64,000 bases of DNA from Rhodocyclaceae bacterium (GCA_027365955.1 DAHXLO010000036.1:83807-147806), one strand, 5' to 3'; shown: positions 35,649 through 46,325, numbered from the stretch's first letter. Made by a program: numbers and translations. The notes: a model not told the origin generated them from the letters alone.

Positions 35649-36514
35649 GTTGCCCCATCGCCTGCCGCCCTGTTGACGTAAAAGCGTTCGAGGGCACTGA
35701 CGATTTCCTCCGCATCGTCTACGCAGGTGAACAAGTCGAGATCAGATGAAGAGACATAGCCTTCGTCGAGCAGAAGATCGAAATCAACTACGCGACGCCA
35801 GAATGCACGGCCGACCAGCACCACCGGAACACGCTGCATCTTTCTGGTCTGGATCAAGGTGAGCACCTCGAACAGCTCATCGAGCGTTCCATAGCCACCG
35901 GGGAAGGCCACCAAGCCCTTGGCGTGTAACAAGAAGTGCATCTTGCGCAGCGCGAAATAGTGGAATCGGAACGCCAAATCCGGGCACATGTAGGGGTTGG
36001 GTGCCTGTTCGTGGGGCAGCGTGATGTTGAGGCCAATCGAACGTGCGCCGACCTCGAAAGCACCGCGGTTGGCGGCCTCCATGATGCCGGGCCCACCCCC
36101 GGTGACGACGACGAAATCACGGCGGTTTTGCTGCTGGAAACGCGCCGAAATAAGGCCCGAGAAACGCCTCGCTTGCTCGTAGTGACGTGCCTGTTCGACC
36201 CGGCGATTGGCCCGCGCAAGCTCTTGCCGCAGCCCGACATCCTCCGGAGTGACGAGCGCCTGACGCTCCAGAACGCCAAGACGGGCTTCTGCCGTCTCGG
36301 CATCGCTCACGCGTGCGCTGCCGAAGACCACTACCGTCGAGCGAATGCCTTGCTCGTGCAGGATGCGCTCGGGCTTGAGCAGTTCGAGCTGTAGTCGCAG
36401 CGGCCGCAGTTCGTCCTGGCCAAGCAGCTCGATGTCTTCGTACGCAAGCCGGTACGTTGGCGACTCGCGGATGGCGCGCAGGCGTTCATCGAGATCTTCT
36501 GCGGGCTTCATCAC
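35645..36514 (-). CDS. LOG-family (nucleotide phosphoribohydrolase-like) protein
   Basis: VFGSAR, GGGPGIMEA and PGGYGTLDEL motifs. Confidence 0.9.
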   Translation of the reverse strand: MMKPAEDLDERLRAIRESPTYRLAYEDIELLGQDELRPLRLQLELLKPERILHEQGIRSTVVVFGSARVSDAETAEARLGVLERQALVTPEDVGLRQELARANRRVEQARHYEQARRFSGLISARFQQQNRRDFVVVTGGGPGIMEAANRGAFEVGARSIGLNITLPHEQAPNPYMCPDLAFRFHYFALRKMHFLLHAKGLVAFPGGYGTLDELFEVLTLIQTRKMQRVPVVLVGRAFWRRVVDFDLLLDEGYVSSSDLDLFTCVDDAEEIVSALERFYVNRAAGDGAT

Positions 36515-37920
36515 TCGTGCGCCAGAAAGTCCGGCCAGCGCAGCGCATGGCCATACTCGGGCACCGTGACCTGCCAGCCGAGTTGCTGCTGCAAGAGGTC
36601 AGCGAAGGTTTGCGCGGCCGACGATTCCCCATGCACCACGAAGGTTTGCGCCGGTGCTTGAATGAAAGCACGGGCCCAATCCAGCAGCGCCTTCTGGTCG
36701 GCATGCGCCGAGAGGCCGTCCACGCTGTGGATCGCCGCACGTACCGGGATGTCCTCGCCGAAGATGCGTACACGTTCGGCCCCCTCGATCAGGCGCCGGC
36801 CAAGCGTCCCCTGCGCCTGGAAACCGGGAAACAAGATGCTGCATTCGCGGCGTGGCAAGTTGTGGCGCAGGTGGTGCCGGATACGTCCCGCATCGCACAT
36901 GCCGCTGGCAGAAATAATGATGGCCCCGGAGCGAATCCGGTTCAGCGCCATGGACTCCTCAGCGCTCGCTGTGAAATCCAGGTACGGGAGGTTCTCGCCG
37001 CGCGCGTGCCATCCGGCCAACCGCTTCGCCTGTTCGTCGAACAATTCGAGATGTTCACGCGTGATGCGTGTGGCCTCGGTGGCCATCGGCGAATCGACAA
37101 ACACCATTGGACGCTGCAGACGCCCTTCGCAGGTGAGACGATGTAGGTGGTAGAGCACCTCCTGGGTTCGGCCGACCGCAAAGGCCGGAACGATGACATT
37201 GCCGCCGCGCTCGAACAGGGTTTTCTCGACGATGCCGATCATGTCCGCTTCGGTCGCCGAAAAATCCTTGTGCCGGCGGTCACCGTAGGTGGACTCGATG
37301 ACGAGGATGTCGGCTTCCTCAATGGGTGTCGGGTCGCGCAGGATGGGGCGTCCCGGCTGACCCAGATCGCCGCTGAACACGATCTTCGTGGGGTAACCGT
37401 ACTCGGTAATCCACACTTCCACGATGGCCGAACCAAGGATGTGTCCGGCATCACGAAAGCGGGCGCGCACCCCGACGCGGGGTGCGAACTCCCGGTCGTA
37501 TTCGATACCTCGTACTTGCTGCAGGCATTCGTGTGCATCCTGCAGGGTATACAGGGGTAGCGGCACGGTCTTTTCTTTGAGCCGCTTGGCAACCCGCTTG
37601 GCATCGATTTCCTGGATGTGAGCGCTATCGGGCAGCATCACCCCGAGCAGATCAACCGTCGCTGGCGTGGCGTAGATGGACCCCTTGAACCCGGCGCGCG
37701 TGAGTTTGGGCAATAGCCCGCTGTGGTCGATGTGGGCGTGGGTCAGCAGGACGAAGTCAATGGACGCCGGGTCGAACGCGAACGGCTCGTGGTTGCGTGC
37801 TGCTGCTATACGCCCACCTTGAACCATGCCGCAATCGACCAGGAAGCGGACATTAGCCGCTTCGACCAGAAAGCACGATCCGGTGACTTCTCGGGCTGCG
37901 CCCAAAAAACTGAGTTTCAT
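36511..37920 (-). CDS. Metallo-beta-lactamase/beta-CASP fold hydrolase (RNA-processing type)
   Basis: THAHIDH, AGHILGS, FAVGRTQE and LSAHAD motifs. Confidence 0.9.
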   Translation of the reverse strand: MKLSFLGAAREVTGSCFLVEAANVRFLVDCGMVQGGRIAAARNHEPFAFDPASIDFVLLTHAHIDHSGLLPKLTRAGFKGSIYATPATVDLLGVMLPDSAHIQEIDAKRVAKRLKEKTVPLPLYTLQDAHECLQQVRGIEYDREFAPRVGVRARFRDAGHILGSAIVEVWITEYGYPTKIVFSGDLGQPGRPILRDPTPIEEADILVIESTYGDRRHKDFSATEADMIGIVEKTLFERGGNVIVPAFAVGRTQEVLYHLHRLTCEGRLQRPMVFVDSPMATEATRITREHLELFDEQAKRLAGWHARGENLPYLDFTASAEESMALNRIRSGAIIISASGMCDAGRIRHHLRHNLPRRECSILFPGFQAQGTLGRRLIEGAERVRIFGEDIPVRAAIHSVDGLSAHADQKALLDWARAFIQAPAQTFVVHGESSAAQTFADLLQQQLGWQVTVPEYGHALRWPDFLAHE

Positions 37921-37927
37921 AGGGCGT

Positions 37928-38131
37928 TCACTCGGGTTTTCGCATCGGGCAAGTGCTGAGGCCGAGCAGGCGATAGCCAGGACAGCGGCCTGCCAGGCCG
38001 GTGAGGAGTGGCATGATTCCAATGAGTCCCAGCCAACGCCAGGATGAGTCCAGCCACAATGGGAGACTGAGCAAAATCAGTCCGATGACGATGCGCACAA
38101 TGCGGTCGAGATTTCCAACGTTGATTTGCAT
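37928..38131 (-). CDS. DUF2892 (YgaP-like) small membrane protein
   Basis: NVG.LDR.VR, TGL...CPGY.LLG.STC motifs. Confidence 0.85.
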   Translation of the reverse strand: MQINVGNLDRIVRIVIGLILLSLPLWLDSSWRWLGLIGIMPLLTGLAGRCPGYRLLGLSTCPMRKPE

Positions 38132-38151
38132 GACGGTCTCCTTGTGTTGAA

Positions 38152-39690
38152 TCAGCGGCTTGAAAACGCGACGGGGGCGGCAGCGCCCCGCAGCGGATGG
38201 GTTGCGGTCGATGCCGTCGTGGATACGTCCCAGCCACCACCAAGGGCCTTGTACAGCGCCACCAGTTGCACGGCGGCGTTGGTATGCGCGCGTGCGGCTG
38301 CGGTTTCGGCCTCGTGCAGACTGCGCTGGGCAGCCAGCAGTTCGACCAGCGCAATGTCGCCCGCCGCGTAGCGCGCCTTGGCGTGGCCGTAGCTGGTGCG
38401 CGCGGCATCCAGTGCCATACCGCGGCGCTCCAGTGTGTCCAGCCCGCCGTGGTAGTCGCCAAGCGCGCGCTCGGCATCGCCCAGCGCCGCCAGCACGGCC
38501 TGCTCATAGGCCAGCGCGGCCTGTCGCTCGGCCGCCTCGCGTGCCCGAATTTCGGCTCGCACACGGCCACCGTCGAACAGGCGCCAGGAAATCAGCGGCA
38601 GGATGGAAAAACGCGAGCTGGATGCATCGAACCAATCGCCCGTACTGAGCGCTTGGAACCCGCCGCCGACACCGATGGAGAGTTTGGGGAACAACTCGGC
38701 CGTGGCCACGCCGATGTCGGCGGAACTCGCTGCCAGGTGACGTTCCGCAGCCAGCACGTCCGGGCGCCGGCGCAGCATCTCTGCGCGCTCGCCCACCGGC
38801 AGCGCCCGCAGCGTGCTCGGCGTCAAGGGGCCATCCAGCAGTGCCAGCTCCCGCTCCGGCGGCGCGCCCAGCAGCACGCCCAGGCTGAGTATCGCGGCGC
38901 GCTGACGCGCCTGGATATCCGGGATGAGCGCGTTGACTGCTGTCCATTGGGCGTACGCCGCCTCCACGTCGGCGGCCGACGCGTCGCCCAGCGCATGCCG
39001 CAGGCGCACCAATTCCAAGGTCTGCTGCAGCGTATCCAGTGTGGCCTGTTGTGCGTGCAACTCGTAGCGGGCGCCGACGGCGGTGAACCAGGTGCGCGCG
39101 ACCTCGGCCACGATGCGCATGCGTATGCCCTGCGCCTCGGCTTCGGTCGCCTGCAGGCGGGCGCTGGCGCCTTCCAGCGCCCGCCGCTTGGCCCCGAACA
39201 AGTCGGCCTCCCAGGCCGCGTCGAAGCCCGCGTCGTAGATGGTCTGCGTGGCGTCAAGGCCGGGGATCGAACCTACGGGCAGGGGTCCGTTCTCGCTTTG
39301 ACGGCGCCGGTTGACGCTCGCGCCAGCGGCGGCGGTGGGCAATGCCTCGCCGGCCACACGATCGCGCAGGGCGCGTGCCTCATCGATGCGTGCCGCAGCG
39401 TGGCGCAGATCCAGGTTCTGTGCCAGCGCCGTGGCCATCAGGCGATCGAGGATGGGATCGTCCAGTGCAGACCACCATTGGCTCAAGTCTGCGGACTGGG
39501 ATTCGCTTGCCAACGGCAAGCTCCAGCCGCTGCCGACGTCGACCGGCGGCGGCTCGCGGTAGTCGGGGCCCACGCTTGCGCAGGCAGTCAGCAGCACGCA
39601 GGACAGGGCCAGCACGAGCGGACGCGCGCGCCCAGGGGTCAGGCCGGTGACGGTTGCGCGAAGAAAGGGAGTGCGGGGCTTGGATTTCAT
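38152..39690 (-). CDS. Efflux outer-membrane lipoprotein (NodT/TolC family)
   Basis: Lipobox LTAC, WEADLFG, RRPDV.AAE and LYKALGGGW motifs. Confidence 0.92.
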   Translation of the reverse strand: MKSKPRTPFLRATVTGLTPGRARPLVLALSCVLLTACASVGPDYREPPPVDVGSGWSLPLASESQSADLSQWWSALDDPILDRLMATALAQNLDLRHAAARIDEARALRDRVAGEALPTAAAGASVNRRRQSENGPLPVGSIPGLDATQTIYDAGFDAAWEADLFGAKRRALEGASARLQATEAEAQGIRMRIVAEVARTWFTAVGARYELHAQQATLDTLQQTLELVRLRHALGDASAADVEAAYAQWTAVNALIPDIQARQRAAILSLGVLLGAPPERELALLDGPLTPSTLRALPVGERAEMLRRRPDVLAAERHLAASSADIGVATAELFPKLSIGVGGGFQALSTGDWFDASSSRFSILPLISWRLFDGGRVRAEIRAREAAERQAALAYEQAVLAALGDAERALGDYHGGLDTLERRGMALDAARTSYGHAKARYAAGDIALVELLAAQRSLHEAETAAARAHTNAAVQLVALYKALGGGWDVSTTASTATHPLRGAAAPVAFSSR

Positions 39691-40805
39691 TGCAGGCGTC
39701 CTCGGACGAATACGGTGGCCATGGTCAGCGTGGCGAGGGCGATGACCGCCAGCGGCCACAGGCTGGCGAGAATGTCACCGGGCGGCATGGCCTTGAGAAA
39801 GCTGCCTTCGACGATGATGAGGAAATGGGTCAGTGGGATGGCCTGAGCCAGCCATTGCAGGACGACAGGCATGTTTTCCACAGGCGTCGCAAAGCCGGAC
39901 ATCAGCACCGCCGGCACGCCGATGGCGAACGCTCCCAGGATGGCCTGCTGCTGCGTCATGCTGACCGCGGAAATCATCAGACCGATGCCGACCACCGAGG
40001 CGATGAACAGCACCAGGCTGGCAAGCAGGAGTGCAAACGAGCCCGTAAACGGGATGCCGAACAGGAAGACGCCCGCGCTGATCATGAACAGGCCCAGCCC
40101 GGTGCCAATTGCGAGTGCCGGCAGCGACTTGGAGATGATGATCTCGGGCGTCGAGGTGGGCGACACCAGCAACTGGTCGAAGGTGCCCAGCTCGCGCTCG
40201 CGCGCGATCGACAACGAGGTGATCAAGAGCGAGCTGAACAGCGCCAGGATGCCCGTCAGGCCGGGCACGATGAACCAGCGGTAGACCAGATTCGGGTTGA
40301 ACCAGTGGCGCACGACCACGGGCGTTGGTGCCTGGGCGTCGGGCACGACCTCGGCGCCGACATCGGCGGCGATGGTGGACAGATAGGCCACGGTGATCTG
40401 CCCGGAGTTGCTGCGCCGGCCATCGACCAGTACCTGCACGCGGCCGCTGTCACCGGCGGCGATGGCGCGCGAGAAATCGACGGGAATAGCGAGCGCGGCG
40501 ATCACCTCGCCACGGTCGATCAGCTCGTGCAGCTGCTGCTGGCTGTGGACATGCCGGACGTGGGTGATGAAGCGGGCGCTGTCCAGGCGCTGTACCAACT
40601 CGTGCGACCACCGCCCCGCATCCTGATCGTAGACGGCGATATCGACGTTGCGCACTTCCAGCGTCGCGGCAAAGGCAAACACCAGCAACTGCAGGATCGG
40701 CGGCACGAACACCACCATGCGGCTGCGCGGGTCGCGCAGGACGCTGAGCACTTCCTTGATGAACTGGGCGCGCAGGCGGGTGAACGAGAATGCGGAAGTC
40801 AACAT
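39687..40805 (-). CDS. ABC-2 transporter permease (YbhR-like)
   Basis: WFNPNL and ARERELGTFDQLLVSP motifs. Confidence 0.9.
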   Translation of the reverse strand: MLTSAFSFTRLRAQFIKEVLSVLRDPRSRMVVFVPPILQLLVFAFAATLEVRNVDIAVYDQDAGRWSHELVQRLDSARFITHVRHVHSQQQLHELIDRGEVIAALAIPVDFSRAIAAGDSGRVQVLVDGRRSNSGQITVAYLSTIAADVGAEVVPDAQAPTPVVVRHWFNPNLVYRWFIVPGLTGILALFSSLLITSLSIARERELGTFDQLLVSPTSTPEIIISKSLPALAIGTGLGLFMISAGVFLFGIPFTGSFALLLASLVLFIASVVGIGLMISAVSMTQQQAILGAFAIGVPAVLMSGFATPVENMPVVLQWLAQAIPLTHFLIIVEGSFLKAMPPGDILASLWPLAVIALATLTMATVFVRGRLQ

Positions 40806-40809
40806 CGCG

Positions 40810-41979
40810 TCACTCCAGGTTCTTGCGCGTGGCGCGCTTGGCGATCACGAAGAACAGCCCCCCGATCGCCGCCATGACCGCCAGGTTGGGCAGGAACACG
40901 GCCCAGATGTCGCCGGCCAGGAACACCGTCTTCAGCGAATCGACGAAGTAACGCGCCGGAACCAGCCGGGTGATGGCGCGGATCGGTGCCGGCATGGCGT
41001 CGATCTCGTACAGAAAGCCCGACAACATGAAGGCCGGCAGGAAGCCCGTGAACAGCGCAATCTGCGCTGCCAGGAACTGGTTGCGTGCCAAGGAGGAAAT
41101 CAGCAGACCCTGACCCAGCGCCGGCACCATGAACACCGCCGACAGCAGCAGCAGCGCCGCCAGCGAGCCCCGCATCGGGACCCCGAACACGAACACCGCC
41201 AGCGCCGCCGCACCCAGCGTGGACAGCATGCCGAGCACGAAGTACGGCAGCAGCTTGCCGATCAGGATTTCGGCCACCGAGGCCGGCGTGGACAGCACCG
41301 CCTCCATGGTGCCGCGCTCCCATTCACGCGCCACCACCAGTGCAGTCAGCATGGTGCCGATGATGGTCATGACGATGGCGATGGCACCGGGAATCAGTGC
41401 GCGGCGGCTTTCCAGCTCGGGGTTGAACCAGTAGCGCGGTTCCAGCATGACGGCCTGCGCTGGTGCTCCGACGTCCAGTCCGGCACGCCAGGACTGGACC
41501 ACGCCGCGGGCGTAGTTCTCGACGTAGTTGGCGGTATTGGGGTAGGAGCCGTCGGTGACGATCTGCACCAGCGGCTCGCTGCCACGCTGGGCCAGCCGCT
41601 GCTCGAAGTCCTGCGGGATCACCACGTAGCCGCGCAGGTCGCCTGAGACCAGCTGGTCGGCCACTTCGCGCCGGTCATGGGCGAAGTGGGCATCCAGGAA
41701 CTTTGTGCCGGCAAAGGCCGCCGCAAGCTCCTGCGCTGCAGCGCCGGGCGACTCCAGCACCACGCCGACGCGGACATCCTTCGCATCCAGCGACACCGCA
41801 TAGGCGAACAGCAGCAGCAACACCACCGGCAGCACGAACGCGATCAGCAGCGTCGAGGGGTCGCGCAGCGCCTGGTAGCTTTCCTTGGTGACCAGGGCGA
41901 TCAAGCGCCGCAGATCAAAATGGCGCAGGTCGGTCTGCTGTGGTCCATTCCCGTCCTTGTGCTTTGTGGTGCCGTTCAT
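40810..41979 (-). CDS. ABC-2 transporter permease (YbhS-like)
   Basis: WFNPELES and AREWERGTME motifs. Confidence 0.9.
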   Translation of the reverse strand: MNGTTKHKDGNGPQQTDLRHFDLRRLIALVTKESYQALRDPSTLLIAFVLPVVLLLLFAYAVSLDAKDVRVGVVLESPGAAAQELAAAFAGTKFLDAHFAHDRREVADQLVSGDLRGYVVIPQDFEQRLAQRGSEPLVQIVTDGSYPNTANYVENYARGVVQSWRAGLDVGAPAQAVMLEPRYWFNPELESRRALIPGAIAIVMTIIGTMLTALVVAREWERGTMEAVLSTPASVAEILIGKLLPYFVLGMLSTLGAAALAVFVFGVPMRGSLAALLLLSAVFMVPALGQGLLISSLARNQFLAAQIALFTGFLPAFMLSGFLYEIDAMPAPIRAITRLVPARYFVDSLKTVFLAGDIWAVFLPNLAVMAAIGGLFFVIAKRATRKNLE

Positions 41980-43748
41980 GTGGCGGCCTCCAGCTCGCGG
42001 TCCGCCGACTCCACCAGGTGAATGAAGGCGTCCTCCATCGTCGGGTCGGGTCGTTCGGGGCTGACCGCCGAACGTTTGAGCGCGTCGGGCGTATCCAGCG
42101 CAATCAGTTGCCCACGCGAGAGCATGGCCACGCGGTCGCAGTATTCGGCCTCGTCCATGAAGTGGGTGGTGACCACGATGGTCACGCCCTTGCGGGCCAG
42201 TCCGTTGATGTGGGTCCAGAATTCGCGCCGGGTGATCGGGTCCACGCCCGAAGTGGGTTCATCCAGAAACAGCACGGGCGGCCGGTGCATCAGCGAACAA
42301 GCCAATGCCAGGCGCTGCTTGTGGCCCAGCGGCAGGGAATCGGGCGTGGCGGACAGCCAGTCGCCCAGATCGAAGGTTTCGATCATCTCGGCAATGCGCT
42401 CGCGCCGGGTGTTGCCTTCCAGTCCGTAGACGCCGGCCGAGAATTCCAGGTTCTGCTGCACCGAGAGCAGGCCGTAGAGCGAAAACTTCTGCGCCATGTA
42501 GCCGAGCCGGCTCTTGGCTGCGCCGGTGGCGCGGCGCAGATCATGGCCCACCACATGCGCTTCGCCAGCAGTGGGTTTCAACAGGCCGCACAGCATCTTG
42601 AAGGTGGTGGACTTGCCGGCGCCGTTAGGGCCGAGCAGGCCGAAGATTTCGCCCTTTTGCACCTCGAAGCTGACGTTGTCGGTGGCGGTGAACTCGCCGA
42701 AGCGCTTGGTGAGGTTTCGGCACGACACGGCAATGTCGGAACCCAGCTCAACCGGCGGCAGACGCTCGGCCAGCGTCGAAGTGCCGCCGGGGCCGCCACC
42801 GAGCAGATCGATGAAGGCGTCTTCGAAGCGCGCGGGCACCTGCGCCAGCTCCACTCGCGCCTGATCGGCCAGGGCCTGGAGCTGCCCTGCGTCCGCGCCC
42901 TCGCGCAACACCAGGCGCACGCCGGCGCCCTGGATCACGCCATCGCTCACGCTGGGCAGGTCGAGTGCCTGGGTCAGGACCGCTCGGCGCTCGGCACCGA
43001 CGTCTTCCAGACGGAAACTGCGGCCTTCGAGCTGTGCGGTCAGCTCCTGCGGCGGGCCATCGAACAGGAGCTGCCCTTGGTTCAGCAGCAGCACGCTCTC
43101 GCAGCGCTCGGCTTCGTCGAGATAGGCGGTGGACCAGACCACGGCCATGCCTTCATCGGTCAGCGCCTGCACCATGCGCCACAAGTCCTGGCGGCTGACC
43201 GGGTCGACACCCACGCCCGGCTCGTCCAGCAGCAGCACCTTCGGCCGCGCCATGAGCGCACAGGCAAGGCCCAGCTTCTGCTTCATGCCGCCGGAGAGCT
43301 TGCCGGCCAGGCGTTTGGTGAAGGGTCCGAGCCGCGTGAAGTCCAGCAGATCGGCAAACAGATCGGCGTTGCGGTCCGCATCCATGCCGCGCAACTGCGC
43401 ATACAGGCGCATGTTCTCGATCACCGTCAGGTCTTCGTACAGTCCAAAGCGTTGCGGCATGTAGCCGCTGACGACGTGAATGGCGTCGTTGTCCTTGACC
43501 ACGTCATAGCCTGCCAAGGTGACGTGGCCGGCGTTCGGCACCAGGAGGCCGGCCAGAATCCGCATCAGCGTCGTCTTGCCAGCGCCGTCGGGGCCGACCA
43601 GACCGGTCAACCGCCCATAGTGGATGCGCGCGCTCAAGCCCCGCAGCGCCTTTATGTCGCCGAAATGCTTGTCCACGCCCTCGATGACGACGGCAGCGTC
43701 TTCGCCCGCACCCGCAGGCACGGCGGCGATAGCAGGGCTTGCCTGCAT
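41976..43748 (-). CDS. ABC transporter ATP-binding protein with two ATPase domains (YbhF-like)
   Basis: Walker A GPDGAGKT and GPNGAGKS, LSGGMKQK, LDEP twice. Confidence 0.92.
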   Translation of the reverse strand: MQASPAIAAVPAGAGEDAAVVIEGVDKHFGDIKALRGLSARIHYGRLTGLVGPDGAGKTTLMRILAGLLVPNAGHVTLAGYDVVKDNDAIHVVSGYMPQRFGLYEDLTVIENMRLYAQLRGMDADRNADLFADLLDFTRLGPFTKRLAGKLSGGMKQKLGLACALMARPKVLLLDEPGVGVDPVSRQDLWRMVQALTDEGMAVVWSTAYLDEAERCESVLLLNQGQLLFDGPPQELTAQLEGRSFRLEDVGAERRAVLTQALDLPSVSDGVIQGAGVRLVLREGADAGQLQALADQARVELAQVPARFEDAFIDLLGGGPGGTSTLAERLPPVELGSDIAVSCRNLTKRFGEFTATDNVSFEVQKGEIFGLLGPNGAGKSTTFKMLCGLLKPTAGEAHVVGHDLRRATGAAKSRLGYMAQKFSLYGLLSVQQNLEFSAGVYGLEGNTRRERIAEMIETFDLGDWLSATPDSLPLGHKQRLALACSLMHRPPVLFLDEPTSGVDPITRREFWTHINGLARKGVTIVVTTHFMDEAEYCDRVAMLSRGQLIALDTPDALKRSAVSPERPDPTMEDAFIHLVESADRELEAAT

Positions 43749-43749
43749 T

Positions 43750-44790
43750 TCAACGCTCCCCCGCCGGGATACGGGTGCCGGCTTTCGCATCGACCTCGAT
43801 CGTCACCGGCATGCCCTGGCGCAAGGCACTGTCGCTGTCGGCTTCGTCGATGACGATGCGCAGGCGGTAGACCAGATCCGTGCGCAAATCCGTCGTCTCC
43901 ACCGTCTTGGGGGTGAACTCGGCGCGCGGCGAGATGAAGCCGATCTGGCCGCGATAGACCTTCTCTGATGAATCGCTTTTGACGCGCACCACAGTACCGG
44001 GCGCGATGCGCCCCAAGTCCGACTCGCCCACGTAGGCGCGCACGTAAACCGGCTTGTCCAGGCTCAGGCTGTAGACCGTGCTCTGGCTTGCGACCATGCT
44101 GCCGGGCTCCCGCACTCGTGCGATGACGGTGCCGCTACTGGGCGCCATCAACTCGGTGTCCGCCAAGGCTGTCGCGGCTTGCGCTGCGGCAGCCTGTGCG
44201 GCCGCAAGGCGAGCTTCTGCCGCGGCGATGTCTTCCTTGCGAAAACCTTCGGATGCTTGCGACAGGGCCGCCTTGGCCGCTTCGACGCCAGCGGCTGCCT
44301 GGTCGCGCGCCGTGCGGGCTGCATCGACCGTGCGCTGGCTGCTGGCGCCCGATGCCAGCAGGCGACTCTGGCGCTGGAAATTGCGCTCGGTCTCGGTGGC
44401 GAGCGCCTGGGCCTGCCTGAGGGCTTCGCGCGCCTGGGTGATTTCCTGCGGTCGCAGGCCGCGGCGCAGCTTGGCCAGTTCCGCCTGCGCCACCTGCACC
44501 TGGGCCTGCGCTGCCGCAAGGGCTTCCCGATACGGCTGCGCGTCGAGCGTCGCCAGCCGCGCACCGGCACTGACGGCATCGCCCTCATCGAAAAACATTT
44601 GCATCACGCGCCCGGGCTGACGGAAGGCCAGTTGCACCTCGCGGATTTCGACGTTGCCGTAGAGGCGCAATGCATCTTGTTGTCCATGGTCGCGCGACAA
44701 CCAGAACGCCAGTGCGCCGCCAAGAGCGAGCACGACGACGGCGATCACGACCCAACGGGTTTTCTTGAAGAGGAGGTTTGGAGTTTTCAT
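43750..44790 (-). CDS. HlyD-family membrane fusion protein (YbhG-like)
   Basis: N-terminal TM, LYGNVEIRE and FISPRAEFTPKTVET motifs. Confidence 0.9.
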   Translation of the reverse strand: MKTPNLLFKKTRWVVIAVVVLALGGALAFWLSRDHGQQDALRLYGNVEIREVQLAFRQPGRVMQMFFDEGDAVSAGARLATLDAQPYREALAAAQAQVQVAQAELAKLRRGLRPQEITQAREALRQAQALATETERNFQRQSRLLASGASSQRTVDAARTARDQAAAGVEAAKAALSQASEGFRKEDIAAAEARLAAAQAAAAQAATALADTELMAPSSGTVIARVREPGSMVASQSTVYSLSLDKPVYVRAYVGESDLGRIAPGTVVRVKSDSSEKVYRGQIGFISPRAEFTPKTVETTDLRTDLVYRLRIVIDEADSDSALRQGMPVTIEVDAKAGTRIPAGER

Positions 44791-44817
44791 CGATGGGTTT
44801 CCGCTGGATAAAGGTGC

Positions 44818-45243
44818 TCAGTGCTCGCGTGCGACCGGCGCATTCGCCGCTGACCGGCGCCAGGCGATGGCCGCTATGCCAGCCCACACCAACGTGCGCA
44901 GCGTCATGGCGACCACCGTGCGTCGCTCCCAGGCGCCACCCAGAGCCACATGCACTCCGAAAGCGAGGAACACGAGTGCGGTCGCCACCGTGATGACAAT
45001 CGCTAACCACGCGGCCCAGCGCCGGCGCATCCACAAGCCGACGCCGGCGACGATGTAGGCGAACCCGGCCAGAAAGTTGAACCAGAGCACGAAGGGCACA
45101 TAGTGGCCGGCGGCTTGGCGCGCCGCGCCGTCGACAAACAGAACGGCGCCGCCCTCCCGAAGAGTGAGCAGACCGAAGCCGATCGCAAGCAGGGAGATCA
45201 GCCAGTGCCAGATGCTGCGTTGTGGATGAGTGGTCATCTTCAT
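44818..45243 (-). CDS. Small integral membrane protein
   Basis: Four hydrophobic segments and YVPFVLWFNF.AGFAY motif. Confidence 0.75.
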   Translation of the reverse strand: MKMTTHPQRSIWHWLISLLAIGFGLLTLREGGAVLFVDGAARQAAGHYVPFVLWFNFLAGFAYIVAGVGLWMRRRWAAWLAIVITVATALVFLAFGVHVALGGAWERRTVVAMTLRTLVWAGIAAIAWRRSAANAPVAREH

Positions 45244-45433
45244 GGCCTTTACTTGATCGGGGAAACTCCCAGGCCTTCGTCGTCGTCGTCGCGGCGTGCG
45301 TGTGCATTCCGCCGGGCGGTCGGGCTGAGTGTTGAATGACGCGGATTCGCGCTGGAGGCGCAACGCGATCGCATGACCGTGGTGTGCCTCTCGGCTGACC
45401 GAGGAACTGCGTGGCGGCAGGATGGAAGGCGTT

Positions 45434-46051
45434 TCATCGGGTGTGCGTGATGCCACGGAGATAGATGGCAAACACGGCTGGCGCGTCGCGGCGGATGCGT
45501 GCTACATCGCCCGCCAGCAACGACTGCATCACCAGCCCTTGAATTGTGCCGATGAACAAGACGACGGCCGCGTCCACATCCAGTTCTGAATGCAGCTCGC
45601 TTCGCGCCTTACCGGCTTCGAGCAGTCGACGCAACCGCTCACCATATTGACGGGTCAAGGTCTGCACCATTTGCTTGGGCAGGGTCTCCCCCGGCCGCTG
45701 TAATTCGCCGAAGAGCATCCTCGGCACCCCCGGGTGCTCGGCCACGAAGTCGATGTGCGTCTTGAAGATCGCTTCAAGAGCTGCGAGGGGGGACGTAGCA
45801 CCTTCTGCGGCCTTGTCTACTCGAGCCAGCAGGCGTTCCGCAACCCAGGACATCACCGCCTGCAGGATTGCGTCCTTAGTCGGGAAGTGACGGAACAGTG
45901 CTCCCTGGGTCAACCCCATGCGCTGCGCGATGGCCGTGGTCGTGATGTCGCTGGGGTTCTGTTCGGCAGCCAAGTCGACCACTGCCTCGACGGTGGCCGC
46001 GCGCCTCTCATCAGCCGGTAGATGCCTGGAGTGTCCGCTCATTGCTTGCAT
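45434..46051 (-). CDS. TetR-family regulator
   Basis: TTAIAQRMGLTQGALFRHFPTKDAI HTH; first gene of the cargo operon. Confidence 0.92.
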   Translation of the reverse strand: MQAMSGHSRHLPADERRAATVEAVVDLAAEQNPSDITTTAIAQRMGLTQGALFRHFPTKDAILQAVMSWVAERLLARVDKAAEGATSPLAALEAIFKTHIDFVAEHPGVPRMLFGELQRPGETLPKQMVQTLTRQYGERLRRLLEAGKARSELHSELDVDAAVVLFIGTIQGLVMQSLLAGDVARIRRDAPAVFAIYLRGITHTR

Positions 46052-46325
46052 CCCAAAAAGTGAGTAATCTATTAATATCTTACCACTGTGCAGCCAGACC
46101 GCAAGAGGGGAAGCACGAAAAAGAGGTCTCGATGAACAGCAGAACTGCTATCTCAGACGGCTGCCAACGGTCGATTTCTGGCGGGCGCAAACGTCGCCCT
46201 CCGCACCTCATTGGCGGAAGGGCGCCGGCACATCGCAAGCCTGGCGGGGCGTAAGTGGGCGGGATGTGGATGGAGATGCTGGCGCCCGAGAGGCCGAACC
46301 AGAAGAAGACGAACAGGAGGTGGCC

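Noticed and set aside
46056-46086. GTGAGTAA...TTACCAC imperfect inverted repeat as the TetR operator
   Set aside because: Plausible location but imperfect and single-copy; cannot be supported from this sequence alone.
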